DNA of 64,000 nt from Spirochaetota bacterium (GTDB lineage: Bacteria > Spirochaetota > UBA4802 > UB4802): contig JBFLZD010000007.1 of NCBI GenBank assembly GCA_040756435.1, positions 18,099-82,098 on the forward strand, written 5' to 3'. A program made the position numbers and the translations under genes. Shown here piece by piece: positions 31,144 to 42,334 of the stretch; position 1 is the first letter of the stretch; each line of letters opens with the position of its first letter. The notes beneath the pieces are model-generated. The model was given only the letters and a program-made list of their open reading frames with translations, did not search any database and was not told where the DNA came from.

Positions 31144-31596
31144 ATGAATATAGAAACGACCACCTGTATTGTTTCTGAGCATTTAGAACTTTTCAAACAC
31201 TATGCACCTCTGTATAAATTACCACTGCATACCTTTATTATTAATTTTATAAACTATGTGCTCTCGTATAAACGCATCCCGGTAAAAAGCTATAAACGGT
31301 TGCAATATAGAAAGCGGTATCAAACCTGGAAGCGGGTACATCTGTATTTGTATGAGAATGAGTATGAGTTTGTGATGGATGTGCGCAAAATATGTAAGAT
31401 GTCACTGGCTAAGGTTATAGCCTATTGTGTAGAGAATTATCTGTATGATTTTCTTGCTGCATTAGACAGTGAAGAAAATACCGATAACTATCGCTTTAGC
31501 GGCTACACATTTTCATTTTATTTAGAAGAAGGCATCCCGTGTTGTCAATTTTACTGGGGACCACCGCCAGAATTGGTGAAACTCGCCACCCAATAG
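31144..31596 (+). CDS. Hypothetical protein (150 aa), no recognisable domain
   Basis: ORF with plausible RBS (GGAGGGAA) and basic/aromatic-rich composition. Confidence 0.35.
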   Translation: MNIETTTCIVSEHLELFKHYAPLYKLPLHTFIINFINYVLSYKRIPVKSYKRLQYRKRYQTWKRVHLYLYENEYEFVMDVRKICKMSLAKVIAYCVENYLYDFLAALDSEENTDNYRFSGYTFSFYLEEGIPCCQFYWGPPPELVKLATQ

Positions 31597-32155
31597 CCCC
31601 ACAACTAAAGCTGATAGCTTAAAATAAAATATAAGTATACTTTTACACAGCTAATAGTATATCAGCCTATTATCTTAGTTACTCCATTTATAACAAAGAC
31701 AAACGTTTTCTTTTCTACGCTTCTGTCGGTTGTATCAGTATTCCTCAACTAAGCAATATGAAGATATCTTTTAACAGTATTTGTTATTATGTTACCACAC
31801 ATCATGATTATTGGCCTTATCTGTATTATTCTACAAACTACAATGCCACCGCCTAAATTGATGTAATACCTATAATTTGATGAGCATACAGCGTTATGCA
31901 CTCCTTATTATATGTGCATTGATATATGTTTTGGTTTATGCTTTGAGTAATATGATGCGCACATATATATTATTGCGATGGTAACTCATATACACATTTT
32001 TGCATTATTACTCAAAGTCAGTTCCTATATGAAAAGATAGGGTTACGCTAAGTGGCATTCTACACCACATAGTGGTAATCAAATATTAATTTGACAATTT
32101 TTGATTATATTTATACAGATTGAGACTGTATCAACACTGGTTGCTGGAGAAAGCT

Positions 32156-33106
32156 ATGGATCGCAATTTAGCATTGGAAGTTGTCCGTGTTACCGAGGCA
32201 GCAGCTCTGTGGGCTGCCCGTTACTATGGCAGAGGCGATGAGGCAATTGCTTCAAAAAATGCCGTGGAAGCCATGTACAAGGTATTTTCAACAGTATCAT
32301 TTAAAGGACATATCATTATGGGAGTAAATGATACCCACTCGCCTTTAGCGCAGGGAAACATTATGGGTCATGCTGATCATCCAGAGGTAGATATTGCTCT
32401 GACCCCCATTGATGGACATGCTACCTTAGCGCAAGGTGGGTACAATACCATATCAGCTATCGCCATTGCCGAACACGGGTCCATGCTCAATGCGCCACCA
32501 ATTTATATGGAAAAGATTGCTGTGGGCAAGGAAGGCCGTGGAGTTATTGATATCACCCAATCCCCTGAAGTTAACATAAAGCGCGTTGCCCGTGCAAAGG
32601 GGAAGTACATAGAAGATATCACCGTGTGTATACTGGACCGTGAGCGCCACAGGGAACTGGTGGAACGCATACGGGCCTTAGGGGCAAGGATTAAATTAAT
32701 CAAGGATGGCGATATTTCAGGAGCCATCGCCACGGCACTTGATGATACCCCTATTGATATGCTTATGGGTGTTGGTGGTGCTCGTGAGGGAATACTATCG
32801 GCAGCAGCATTGAAATGCCTGGATGGCGATATGCAGGCACGGTTTATCTATCGCGATGAAAACGATAAGGCGATGGTAAATGCCATGGGCATTAGCGATT
32901 TAGATAAGATTTACACGCTGTCAGACCTTGCAAAAGGTGAGAACATTATGTTCTCAGCAACTGGCATCTCCGATGGGGAGTTACTTCCTGGTGTGCGCTT
33001 TATGGCAGGAGGGGCAAAGACGCATTCCATTATTATGCGCTATAAAACCCATACCATCCGTTACATTACAGCAATACACCGCTTTGACTACAAGCCAGTA
33101 TATTAA
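32156..33106 (+). CDS. glpX: Fructose-1,6-bisphosphatase class II (GlpX)
   Basis: MDRNLALEVVRVTEAAALWAARYYGRGDE is a GlpX N-terminus. About 316 aa. The ORF is open from 32120 but the Met at 32156 fits GlpX alignments. Confidence 0.85.
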   Translation: MDRNLALEVVRVTEAAALWAARYYGRGDEAIASKNAVEAMYKVFSTVSFKGHIIMGVNDTHSPLAQGNIMGHADHPEVDIALTPIDGHATLAQGGYNTISAIAIAEHGSMLNAPPIYMEKIAVGKEGRGVIDITQSPEVNIKRVARAKGKYIEDITVCILDRERHRELVERIRALGARIKLIKDGDISGAIATALDDTPIDMLMGVGGAREGILSAAALKCLDGDMQARFIYRDENDKAMVNAMGISDLDKIYTLSDLAKGENIMFSATGISDGELLPGVRFMAGGAKTHSIIMRYKTHTIRYITAIHRFDYKPVY

Positions 33107-33125
33107 ATGTTTGGAGATAGTTACC

Positions 33126-33338
33126 ATGGATATAACCTCGTATATTCTACACCATACAATGGAAGCAATTTTAGTTGCAGGAATACTGATTGCTCTTTCT
33201 GGATTTATATTGCGCAAATATAAAATTTTGTCGATAGTGCTTATAGTGATAGCATCGTTAATTATATATGTGTTGCTGTATAAAACATCTCCACTACCAC
33301 AACAACCACAAACACAGGAGAAAAATGCCATTGAATAA
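33126..33338 (+). CDS. Possible small two-TM membrane protein (70 aa)
   Basis: ATG preceded by GGAGATAG. Two hydrophobic helices. The longer 32928 ORF overlaps glpX and was trimmed. Confidence 0.3.
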   Translation: MDITSYILHHTMEAILVAGILIALSGFILRKYKILSIVLIVIASLIIYVLLYKTSPLPQQPQTQEKNAIE

Positions 33339-33617
33339 TGATGATAACAATTACATTGAAATTATAAAATTTTTATTGCAGAATTATATACAATATTGTA
33401 TATTATATTTTATTATAATGTTCTGGGTATGCCTGTTTATGGTGTTTATACCAAAACGTATACTGTAAGGTAATACAGCAAACCTGATGCATGTACTTAT
33501 ATTGTCATTTTGACAAATGTAGTTGGGGGAAATCTTAAATTTAATTTCTCTTTTCAAAAAGTCACAAATTGGAAATGATACTAAGAATTAACTCTATATA
33601 ATATTACGGAGCTGTTC

Positions 33618-34808
33618 ATGAAATTGCACTTAGTCAAATCGCACAGTACTATAGAAAATTGTATATCAGACAATGTTAAAACGCTCCCACCTTCAGGTAT
33701 CCGTGAATTCTTTGATATTGTATACAATACGCCTGACTGCATCTCATTGGGAGTTGGCGAACCAGATTTTGTTACACCCTGGCGTATCTCTGATTCAGGC
33801 ATTTATGCCATAAAAGATGGTAACACCCATTACACATCCAACAAAGGTTTGTTAGAGCTCAGGCAGGCTATTGCAGCACACATTAAAAAAAATCATAATG
33901 TTGAATACAACCCGGAAACCCAGGTGCTTGTAACCATCGGTGTTAGCGAAGGCCTTGACATTGCACTGCGAAGCATTGTTAATCCCGGTGATGAAATTAT
34001 CTACTTTGAGCCCTGCTATGTTTCATATTCAGCAACCATTAAATTGGCGTATGGAAAAGCGGTTCCTATCGCCACCCATTTTAAAGATGGATTTGCCATT
34101 GATATTGATGCTTTAAAAAAGGCCATTACCAGTAAAACAAAAGCCATAATGCTCAACTATCCTTCAAACCCAACCGGTGCATCCATCAGTAAAGAAAATT
34201 TAGAGGCGATAGCTGCCATTGCTATTGCCCACAATTTAATCGTTATTTCAGATGAAATCTATGATGCCATTACGTACAATGGAGAACACTTTTCAATCAT
34301 ATCCATACCCGGAATGGTTGAGCGCACAATTTACCTAAACGGCTTTTCCAAAGCGTATGCTATGACTGGATGGCGCCTGGGATACGCATGTGGACCTGAA
34401 CCCATTATCAGCGCAATGAACAAGATTCACCAGTATACCGCACTGTGTGCCCCATCCATAGCGCAGTATGCTGCATTAGAAGCCTTACAAAGGGGACAGC
34501 GCGATGTTGCGTCAATGCGTTCGCAGTACCTGAAACGTCGAAATTTCATCACTGCACGCTTAAACGAGATGGGACTACCCTGCCTGCCACCCAAAGGTGC
34601 GTTTTACGCTTTTCCTGATATATCACCAACAGGATTATCCTCACGGGATTTTGCCCTTGGGCTTTTAAAAAGCCATAAGGTTGCTGTGGTGCCAGGCACT
34701 GCCTTTGGAAGCGCCTATGACAATCACATTCGCTGTGCCTATGCCACATCTATGGAACAGCTCAAAGAAGCCATGGACCGCATGGAAGATTTTGTAAAGG
34801 GATTGTGA
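33618..34808 (+). CDS. Pyridoxal-phosphate-dependent aminotransferase, class I (aspartate/aromatic aminotransferase family)
   Basis: NPTG, SDEIY and SKAYAMTGWRLGY (PLP-Lys region) motifs. Length 396 aa. Confidence 0.9.
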   Translation: MKLHLVKSHSTIENCISDNVKTLPPSGIREFFDIVYNTPDCISLGVGEPDFVTPWRISDSGIYAIKDGNTHYTSNKGLLELRQAIAAHIKKNHNVEYNPETQVLVTIGVSEGLDIALRSIVNPGDEIIYFEPCYVSYSATIKLAYGKAVPIATHFKDGFAIDIDALKKAITSKTKAIMLNYPSNPTGASISKENLEAIAAIAIAHNLIVISDEIYDAITYNGEHFSIISIPGMVERTIYLNGFSKAYAMTGWRLGYACGPEPIISAMNKIHQYTALCAPSIAQYAALEALQRGQRDVASMRSQYLKRRNFITARLNEMGLPCLPPKGAFYAFPDISPTGLSSRDFALGLLKSHKVAVVPGTAFGSAYDNHIRCAYATSMEQLKEAMDRMEDFVKGL

Positions 34809-35047
34809 TTAAGGCTGATGCACGAATGTATAAACATAAGAAAATAAATAAAAATATTAAATAAAGTGCGCTCCCACCGCCTTTGATAGCATGGTTTATT
34901 ATCAAACATTTTTAAAATATTATTATTTACAAAATTAAAAAAGCATGTACTATATCTTTTTAATTTGTATCAATAAATGATTACTAATTTATGTAATTGT
35001 AAAAATTTAATTTCATGATATGCTACTTACGCAGATTTTGAAAACTC

Positions 35048-35773
35048 TTGTTATGGAGGAAAGCTATGAAATTGCGCACAATGATAATTGTTTTATTTTT
35101 ATCAATAACTGTTACATTACCACTGCATGCAGGTGACCTTGGTGTGGGAGTTTCCGGCTGGTATGCTGATTGGAAAATGTATAACCCAGATAGCCCTGAT
35201 GATAAAACCACCAAAATGGATCCTGCTTTTTGCATTGGTCCATCTATTTCATATCAGTTTACTCAATCGTGGAGCACTACACTGGTAGCATTGTTTACGC
35301 CTATACCGTATGAAATGACAAATGAAAATAGCGAAACAACAAAAATCAGACGCTATGATTCTGATTTAGTTATAAACTATCAATTACTAAGATACCTGAA
35401 ATTTTTCTTTGGTGGTAAATATTTAGGTTTTACATACAATGATGGTATACATCATGGCGCAGGGCCTGGTGGTGGTATTGGGTTAACTATTCCCGTTATT
35501 GGCAATTTTTATTTTCTTGGAAATGCTTCAGTCCTGTATTTGTGGGGAAGCCATAAAGATAATGCTGGCACAAGAGATTTTACTGAATATGGCTATAATA
35601 CAGCAGTACAGTTAGCATATTATGCAGCTTCAGCAGGTTTAACCACTTCAATTGGCTATAGATATCAGCTTATAAAATCAAAATATGATACTGATGATCC
35701 TTATGGTAAAAAGGACGAGCATACATTTAAAGGGTTTACTTTCCTTATAGTGAAATCGTTTCACTGGGAATAA
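35048..35773 (+). CDS. Small outer-membrane beta-barrel protein (paralog 1)
   Basis: Signal peptide. DLGVGVSGWYADWKM opening strand. Alternating aromatic pattern with C-terminal aromatic residue. 40-50% identical to the next gene. Confidence 0.55.
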   Translation: MLWRKAMKLRTMIIVLFLSITVTLPLHAGDLGVGVSGWYADWKMYNPDSPDDKTTKMDPAFCIGPSISYQFTQSWSTTLVALFTPIPYEMTNENSETTKIRRYDSDLVINYQLLRYLKFFFGGKYLGFTYNDGIHHGAGPGGGIGLTIPVIGNFYFLGNASVLYLWGSHKDNAGTRDFTEYGYNTAVQLAYYAASAGLTTSIGYRYQLIKSKYDTDDPYGKKDEHTFKGFTFLIVKSFHWE

Positions 35774-35805
35774 ATTTTTAATTCTATTATAAAGGAGTTT
35801 TTATT

Positions 35806-36525
35806 GTGAAACTAAAAATATACATTATGATGTTTGCAATTCTTTTTGCTGCATCAACACTATATGCTGCTGATCTTGGTGTTGGTATATCAGCATGGTA
35901 TGCCGACTGGAAAATGGAAAGCAAATTGTTAGGTACTTCCAATCTTGAACCAGCTTTATTTGTGGGCCCAACTATCTCTTATCAGTTTGAAGACAAATGG
36001 AGCATCACTTTAATTGCTCTTGCAACCTTAAATAAATATGAACAGAAGATTTCTGCAAATAATTCTTTAAGATACAGGAGATACGATGTAGATTGTACCC
36101 TTAACTATCAGATTTCCCGGTATATCAAGTGCTTTGCAGGAGTGAAGTATTTAGCTTTTGATTTTAATTCTGACAATGATAATGGCATAAATCATGGAGT
36201 TGGACCAGGTGCAGGTATTGGTTTTTCATTCCCAATTATTTCAAATGTGTATCTTCTTGGTATAGTATCTGGCATCTACGGTTATGGACTGGAAACAGTT
36301 GAAAACCCGCCTCCAGGTAGCCCGGAGAATAGAAATTTTTATTCATTTGGAATTAATTCTTCCCTACAACTGGCATATTACCTTCAGGCTGTCGAAACAA
36401 CAATTACAGCTGGGTATCGTTATCAGTACATTCAGCTTCATTACCTGGATTATGGAACTGATGAAGACAACAAATATGATAATCATTTTAAGGGGTTTAC
36501 AGCATCAGTTGCTAAATCATTCTAG
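35806..36525 (+). CDS. Small outer-membrane beta-barrel protein (paralog 2, GTG start)
   Basis: DLGVGISAWYADWKM opening strand. Ends ...SVAKSF, matching paralog 1 ...IVKSFHWE. RBS AAAGGAG. Confidence 0.55.
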   Translation: MKLKIYIMMFAILFAASTLYAADLGVGISAWYADWKMESKLLGTSNLEPALFVGPTISYQFEDKWSITLIALATLNKYEQKISANNSLRYRRYDVDCTLNYQISRYIKCFAGVKYLAFDFNSDNDNGINHGVGPGAGIGFSFPIISNVYLLGIVSGIYGYGLETVENPPPGSPENRNFYSFGINSSLQLAYYLQAVETTITAGYRYQYIQLHYLDYGTDEDNKYDNHFKGFTASVAKSF

Positions 36526-36697
36526 TTTTATAGTAATATAAATACCAATAACCATTTTGCGGCAAAATAACTTAAGTAAAACTATACATAAATTGGGATG
36601 AGAACAACCTTTGATAAATTCGCCGAAGTATTTGTTAAATCAATACTTTTTTGTGAAATGCATATGCATTTTGCTACTATAACATATATATGAACCA

Positions 36698-38089
36698 GTG
36701 GATGGGCTTACCATGATTTCCTTTGAAGGCTACGATAATATAATAAATAAAGTGTATCAGTCAGGCAATGAACATGTGTTTGCCTTCTGGGATCATCTGA
36801 CCAGTGAGCAAAAAAGACATCTTTTACAGGAACTATCGCTCATAAATTTTGATGAATTGAACCAACTATTTGTTCTTACCAAAAAGCATACCATACCAAT
36901 GGATTTTGAACCTGCTCCTTTCACCCGTCTGCCACAAACGCCGGAAGAACACAAAGAATTTGAAAATGCAAAACAGGTTGGAATTGATACTATCAAGAAG
37001 GGCAAGGTTGCCGCATTTGTGGTTGCCGGTGGACAGGGAAGCCGTTTGGGATTTGATGGTCCAAAAGGTATATTCCCAATAGGACCAGTGAGCAATAAAA
37101 CACTATTCCAAATTCACGCTGAAAAGATAAAAGCATATGAAAATAAGTATGGGATTGATATCCCATGGTGCATCATGACATCAGAAGCTAATCACAATGC
37201 AACGGTGGACTATTTTGAAAAAAATAACTTCTTTACCTTGAATAATGACAAAGTTTTTATATTTAAACAAAATATGATCCCTTCCCTTGATGAGCAGGGA
37301 AAACTTATTTTAGAAACACCATATTCAATTTTCAGGAATCCTGATGGTCATGGGGGAAGTTTAACGGCATTATACCAGTCGGGTACGCTTTCTAAACTTT
37401 TAAACATGGGTATTGAAGTGCTGTCATACTTCCAGGTTGACAACCCGCTGGTTCGCATTATTGACCCTGTTTTTATTGGTTTTCATGTAAAACATAATGC
37501 CGAAGTTTCAAGTAAGGCATTACAAAAAGCATACCCTGAAGAGAAAATTGGCGTATTTGTAAAATTTTCCAATGGCAGGATAGGTGTTGTTGAATATTCT
37601 GACCTGCCACAGGAAAAACAATACGAAAAAGATGAGCGGGGCAATTTACGGTACAGTGCAGGTAGTATTGCTATTCATCTTTTTGATACACACTTCATTG
37701 AAAAAATAGCACAAGGTAATATTTCACTACCCTTCCATGTTGCTAAAAAATCCATTCCACAATATTCAAATGATGGAAAAAAAACTATCACCGGCTATAA
37801 ATTTGAAAAGTTTGTTTTTGATGCTCTGCCATTAACTGAACACAATTTCATCATTGAAACGAAACGCGAAGAAGAATTTGCTCCCGTAAAAAACAAATCA
37901 GGTGTTGATTCGGTTGACACTGCGCAGGAACTTATGATAAATCTTTACAAAAAATGGCTTTTACAAAAAAATATAGTAATTCCAAAAGTTGTTGAAAAAA
38001 TAGAAATTTCGCCATTATATGCCGTTGAACCTGATGATGTGCCTGGTTCACTTCCAATACCGCAGCAAAAAGAGGTATATATTTCATGA
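36698..38089 (+). CDS. UDP-sugar pyrophosphorylase (UDPGP family; UDP-N-acetylhexosamine pyrophosphorylase-like)
   Basis: [22 protein letters not shown] nucleotide-binding loop typical of UAP1/UDPGP-family enzymes. Length 463 aa. Confidence 0.75.
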   Translation: MDGLTMISFEGYDNIINKVYQSGNEHVFAFWDHLTSEQKRHLLQELSLINFDELNQLFVLTKKHTIPMDFEPAPFTRLPQTPEEHKEFENAKQVGIDTIKKGKVAAFVVAGGQGSRLGFDGPKGIFPIGPVSNKTLFQIHAEKIKAYENKYGIDIPWCIMTSEANHNATVDYFEKNNFFTLNNDKVFIFKQNMIPSLDEQGKLILETPYSIFRNPDGHGGSLTALYQSGTLSKLLNMGIEVLSYFQVDNPLVRIIDPVFIGFHVKHNAEVSSKALQKAYPEEKIGVFVKFSNGRIGVVEYSDLPQEKQYEKDERGNLRYSAGSIAIHLFDTHFIEKIAQGNISLPFHVAKKSIPQYSNDGKKTITGYKFEKFVFDALPLTEHNFIIETKREEEFAPVKNKSGVDSVDTAQELMINLYKKWLLQKNIVIPKVVEKIEISPLYAVEPDDVPGSLPIPQQKEVYIS

Positions 38090-38943
38090 AACGATACATT
38101 GAAAAAGTTAATACTCTCATTGAATCATTTCCCTATATCAAAGAATTTTATGGCAAAACCATAGTCATAAAATATGGTGGACATGCCATGGAAACTGATG
38201 AGGGCAAACGTTCATTTGCACAGGATATGGTTTTGTTAAAATACGTTGGCATTAATCCAGTAATAGTGCATGGCGGTGGACCACAGATAAACACACTCTT
38301 AAAACAGGTTGGAGTCGAAAGCTCCTTTGTTGGCGGCATGCGAGTGACTGATGCTCCAACCATGGAAATTGTTGAAATGGTGCTTGTGGGAAAAGTAAAT
38401 AAAGAGATAGTTAATTATATAAATCTGGCTGGCGGAAAAGCTGTGGGATTATCAGGTAAAGATGGCAATCTTTTTGTTGCCCAGAAGATATATCATGACG
38501 TGAATGGACAGCAGATGGACATCGGGCAGGTGGGTACCATTAAGCAGGTTAATCCCCTGATTATTGAAACATTAGACAGAGAAAAATTTATTCCAGTTAT
38601 TGCACCCATTGGATGCGATGAGAATGGTGTAACCTATAATATCAATGCAGATATTGCAGCCGGCAAACTGGCCGAAGCACTGAAAGCTGAAAAATTAATA
38701 CTTTTGACTGATGTTGAAGGCATTAAGATTGATAATGCACTTATATCAACACTGCGTAAAGAAGAAGTAAATAATCTCATTGTAAACAACAAAATTACCG
38801 GAGGGATGATACCAAAAGTCAATTGTTGCTTAAGCGCATTAAAAGAAGGTGTTGGCAAAACTCACATTATTGATGGCAGAGTTGAGCATGCGGTACTTTT
38901 AGAAATATTTACAAATGCAGGCATTGGAACAGAAATAGTATAA
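38086..38943 (+). CDS. argB: Acetylglutamate kinase
   Basis: [17 protein letters not shown] and amino-acid-kinase-fold motifs. 285 aa. ATGA overlap with the upstream gene. Confidence 0.9.
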   Translation: MKRYIEKVNTLIESFPYIKEFYGKTIVIKYGGHAMETDEGKRSFAQDMVLLKYVGINPVIVHGGGPQINTLLKQVGVESSFVGGMRVTDAPTMEIVEMVLVGKVNKEIVNYINLAGGKAVGLSGKDGNLFVAQKIYHDVNGQQMDIGQVGTIKQVNPLIIETLDREKFIPVIAPIGCDENGVTYNINADIAAGKLAEALKAEKLILLTDVEGIKIDNALISTLRKEEVNNLIVNNKITGGMIPKVNCCLSALKEGVGKTHIIDGRVEHAVLLEIFTNAGIGTEIV

Positions 38944-38950
38944 AATACCT

Positions 38951-40927
38951 TTATAGTATATCTACAATTATCAATGTAAAATCATCTTCAAATTTTTTCT
39001 TGGGGTAAATCCATTTGTATGCAGCAGTTACTATTTCATTCTTTAAAGCTAAGATGTTTTTCTTTTTAGACTCACGGACAACCTCAAGCAATCGTTCTTC
39101 ACCAAACAGTTCCCCTTTAGCATTTCTTGATTCAATTATACCGTCAGTGAATAATATAATCCTGTCGCCTTTGCTAATTTTTTCCTCTTCCACCGAAAAA
39201 AAAGGATTCTGATAAAAACCAATAGCTCCTCCTTTAGGCCTGAGCTGAAGAATAGAATCATTCCCCTTACATAGTATTGTTGCGTAATGCCCGGCATTAC
39301 TGGTTTTTAAAATCATTTCTTTTGTATCAATAACAGCATATGCAGCAGTTATAAACTGATTCCCAATCCTACTGCATAATGCTTCCTCAATTGCTAGTAA
39401 AAACTTATCAGGTAAAGCAGCGTATTGATTAGCACTACCACATGCCATCTTAACCATTGCTGCACCAATAGAAGCAGGTATACCATGCCCGGAGATGTCA
39501 GCAATAAGTATCCCTACCTTATGTTCATCTATTTGTTGAATTTCAGCAATGTCCCCACCTATTACTTCAGCAGGTAGTATTACTGCTTCAATTGAAACAT
39601 CTGGCAATTGAGGAATCTGAGTCTGTACTATAGAGTTATAAATTGTTTGTGCTATTTCAATTTCATTTTTTAAAATCACAAGCTTTTCATTTTCATCTTT
39701 TATGAGGTTATAGCGGTATCCTAATGCTATCGACAACAAGATGACATCAATGCTGGTACCTAAATGAAAACCATATCGGGTTATAAATACATCAGGCAGA
39801 ATACCAAAATTACGTAAACTGATAAGACTCACACCAAAAAAAACAGCAACCATTGATGCTAAGTAAAAATATGCTGGTCTGTATTGATTTTTAATCGCTA
39901 TTAAACATGCTATAAATGCAAGTAAAGTTGCAGCAATTACTACAGTATTGAGGCAAATAATTGAAAACGAAAGAGGTGCAAGTGGTATTGCAATTATTAC
40001 AGGGACAATTAATGCAATAAATATTTGTATAAGAGTGTCATACCACTGTAAAAAATTACGGGTCATCAAGAAATTACGTGTAAATAGCATAAAAGAAATA
40101 ACAGCAAGATTTCCTAAGAATACTATTGAAACATTATGAAACCATGGGGAGTTGGGCCAGAAAAATTGATATGCTAATCCATTAAAACTGATATTGCTTA
40201 AAGCTGAAAATAATACATATAGTATATAATAAAGATAGCTAATGTCTCGTAAGGTTATTAATAAAAATAAATTGTACAAAAACATTGCTATCATTATGCC
40301 AAAATAAAACCACAGCCCACCATATTCTTTTATGCTATTTTCCAATAGTGATGAATATGTCCGTATTTTTAAAGGGATGATAACTTCGCTTGTTGTCTTA
40401 ACACGTATAAGATAGTGAGCTTTTTCATTATAATCCAATGTCAGGGGAAGTATAAAATTATTGAGTGCAATTTTTCTGTGATAAAATGGGAAAATATCAC
40501 CTTCTTTTGCAATACAAGTGATGCCTTTTTCATTTACATGGTAAAATTCAAAATAATCCATTGTTGGGAATGACAAATCCACTAACCAATGTGTATGCGA
40601 TGACCTGTTATGTACAGAAAAATAAAACCACCATGAAGAATCTGAATAACCTTCATTAATGCCTTTTCTTGTATTATCTTTAAATTTTGTTAGAAAACCA
40701 TGCTTTATTATATCCTCTGCAGAAAGCTGTGAGGTTGTATCTTCCAAAATACTAATATATGGAGTGGTATCATAGGTATCGTTGGTATCATCAAGTACTA
40801 CCGTGCCCGCAAAAGCCTGTAACGCTGATAACAGTATCATTACTACGATAGCATATATAAAGGCTTTATACGGCACTATATGGCAAACAGTAATTTTTAT
40901 TACTTTATTAAGATGAATACAATTCAT
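38951..40927 (-). CDS. 7TMR-DISM receptor with PP2C-type (SpoIIE/RsbU-like) serine phosphatase output domain
   Basis: Periplasmic 7TMR-DISMED2-like domain (SFPTMDYFEFY), seven TM helices, and a C-terminal PP2C domain (GDIAEI...LIADISGHGIPAS...FTDGI). Confidence 0.8.
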   Translation of the reverse strand: MNCIHLNKVIKITVCHIVPYKAFIYAIVVMILLSALQAFAGTVVLDDTNDTYDTTPYISILEDTTSQLSAEDIIKHGFLTKFKDNTRKGINEGYSDSSWWFYFSVHNRSSHTHWLVDLSFPTMDYFEFYHVNEKGITCIAKEGDIFPFYHRKIALNNFILPLTLDYNEKAHYLIRVKTTSEVIIPLKIRTYSSLLENSIKEYGGLWFYFGIMIAMFLYNLFLLITLRDISYLYYILYVLFSALSNISFNGLAYQFFWPNSPWFHNVSIVFLGNLAVISFMLFTRNFLMTRNFLQWYDTLIQIFIALIVPVIIAIPLAPLSFSIICLNTVVIAATLLAFIACLIAIKNQYRPAYFYLASMVAVFFGVSLISLRNFGILPDVFITRYGFHLGTSIDVILLSIALGYRYNLIKDENEKLVILKNEIEIAQTIYNSIVQTQIPQLPDVSIEAVILPAEVIGGDIAEIQQIDEHKVGILIADISGHGIPASIGAAMVKMACGSANQYAALPDKFLLAIEEALCSRIGNQFITAAYAVIDTKEMILKTSNAGHYATILCKGNDSILQLRPKGGAIGFYQNPFFSVEEEKISKGDRIILFTDGIIESRNAKGELFGEERLLEVVRESKKKNILALKNEIVTAAYKWIYPKKKFEDDFTLIIVDIL

Positions 40928-41291
40928 GGTAACAATATTTCAAATATCCTTAGATATTTTTTATATTCAATGTTTTCTTATTCATTTTGATTACTATACT
41001 ATTTCATTACAAATTATTCCGGATCGCAAATTTATTAATATACATTGAATGATACACACCATATATAATAAGAAGCCGGCAAATATACATTGTATTATTC
41101 ACTCAACGTTTTATATATTATTGTAGATAGTTATAATAAGAAACATTCTATTTTCAGATTGTACTCATGTCAAGGGATTATTATCAAAAAGGACAGACGT
41201 TTTAATTTTTAAAGTGCAAAAAAATATCAACGCAGCTTGACCTTTACTTAATATTTCAGTATAATACTATATACTATAATACTACAGGAGG

Positions 41292-41498
41292 ATGACAATG
41301 AAAAAAAATATGGGTACAATTGACAGATTATTACGAACCATAATTGCCATAGTAATCATTGTGCTTTACTTTACCGGGCAAATTACAGGCACTGCAGCCA
41401 TTATACTAGGTATCCTTGCCGTGGTTTTTTTATTAACCAGCGCAGTAAGCTTTTGCCCTTTATATGTCCCACTGAAGATTAATACTAAAAAACAATAG
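41292..41498 (+). CDS. DUF2892/YgaP-like small inner-membrane protein
   Basis: MGTIDRLLRTIIAIVII...two TM helices, typical of the YgaP-like family. Strong RBS AGGAGG. Confidence 0.6.
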   Translation: MTMKKNMGTIDRLLRTIIAIVIIVLYFTGQITGTAAIILGILAVVFLLTSAVSFCPLYVPLKINTKKQ

Positions 41499-41585
41499 TA
41501 AATTTACCATTACCTGAAACACTATTCAGGAACAATGACTGTAAAATTGAATACCCCAGCAAATAAGGGGTATTCAATTATTTAT

Positions 41586-42188
41586 TTATTCAGGTTTTCC
41601 AACGGGAATAATATAGAGTGGCTCTTCACCTTTTTCTAATGACAATATATCTTTAACCATGTCATCATGAAAAGCCCCAACCATGACGCAGCCCAATCCC
41701 AATGCAACAGCCTGTAAACTAATATTGTGTCCCGCATGTCCTGCCTCCATATGTACATACTGTATACCTCGATTTCCATAACGCCCGGTAGTTCGTTCAT
41801 AGACAGCAGTTATTACAATAACCAATGGTGCCTCTTCAATAAACGTTTGATGCAAAGCTGCCCTGCACAGAGCACTGCGCAAATCATACGGCATCATGCG
41901 TTGTAATCCATGGTTTTTTACACTATACCAATACACACCTTTTTCTAATTTTTCTACATCTCCAATTATCGCATAGCAGTTTAAGGGATAGGTTGCACCT
42001 GCCGATGGGACAGTACGATAGCTACCCTGTGATATACCATTGGCAGCCCACAGTATTTGCGATAGTTCCTGTAAAGTGAGCATAGTATTAGAAAAGCTTC
42101 GCACCGAACGGCGCCTAACAAGCGCTGTTTCCACCGACATTTCACCATCAAATGACGGTTGTGGAAGGTTAATGATATCTCTATTCAT
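41586..42188 (-). CDS. Nitroreductase-family (FMN-dependent) oxidoreductase
   Basis: VRRRSVRSF N-terminal FMN-binding motif. About 200 aa nitroreductase fold. Confidence 0.75.
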   Translation of the reverse strand: MNRDIINLPQPSFDGEMSVETALVRRRSVRSFSNTMLTLQELSQILWAANGISQGSYRTVPSAGATYPLNCYAIIGDVEKLEKGVYWYSVKNHGLQRMMPYDLRSALCRAALHQTFIEEAPLVIVITAVYERTTGRYGNRGIQYVHMEAGHAGHNISLQAVALGLGCVMVGAFHDDMVKDILSLEKGEEPLYIIPVGKPE

Positions 42189-42334
42189 AAAACTTCACCC
42201 AAAGGAAATTTTTTATCCATGCCCTCACGTTGTGGCAAGATAATAGATACATTCCATCTACTATTCTTTTGTATTTATTCTATTGATACATTAATGCAAA
42301 GTCAACCTTTTATACAACATGTGTTGTAGCTTGA

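Noticed and set aside
31935-32015. Inverted repeat ctttgagtaata ... tattactcaaag upstream of glpX as a possible riboswitch
   Set aside because: 12-bp arms separated by ~50 nt of AT-rich sequence. No match to any riboswitch consensus I can recall. Too weak to report as a feature.
32928-33338. 136-aa ORF overlapping the 3' end of glpX
   Set aside because: The first 66 codons overlap glpX in another frame. Only the part from the Met at 33126 (with its own RBS) is plausibly coding, and it is kept as a low-confidence 70-aa membrane protein.
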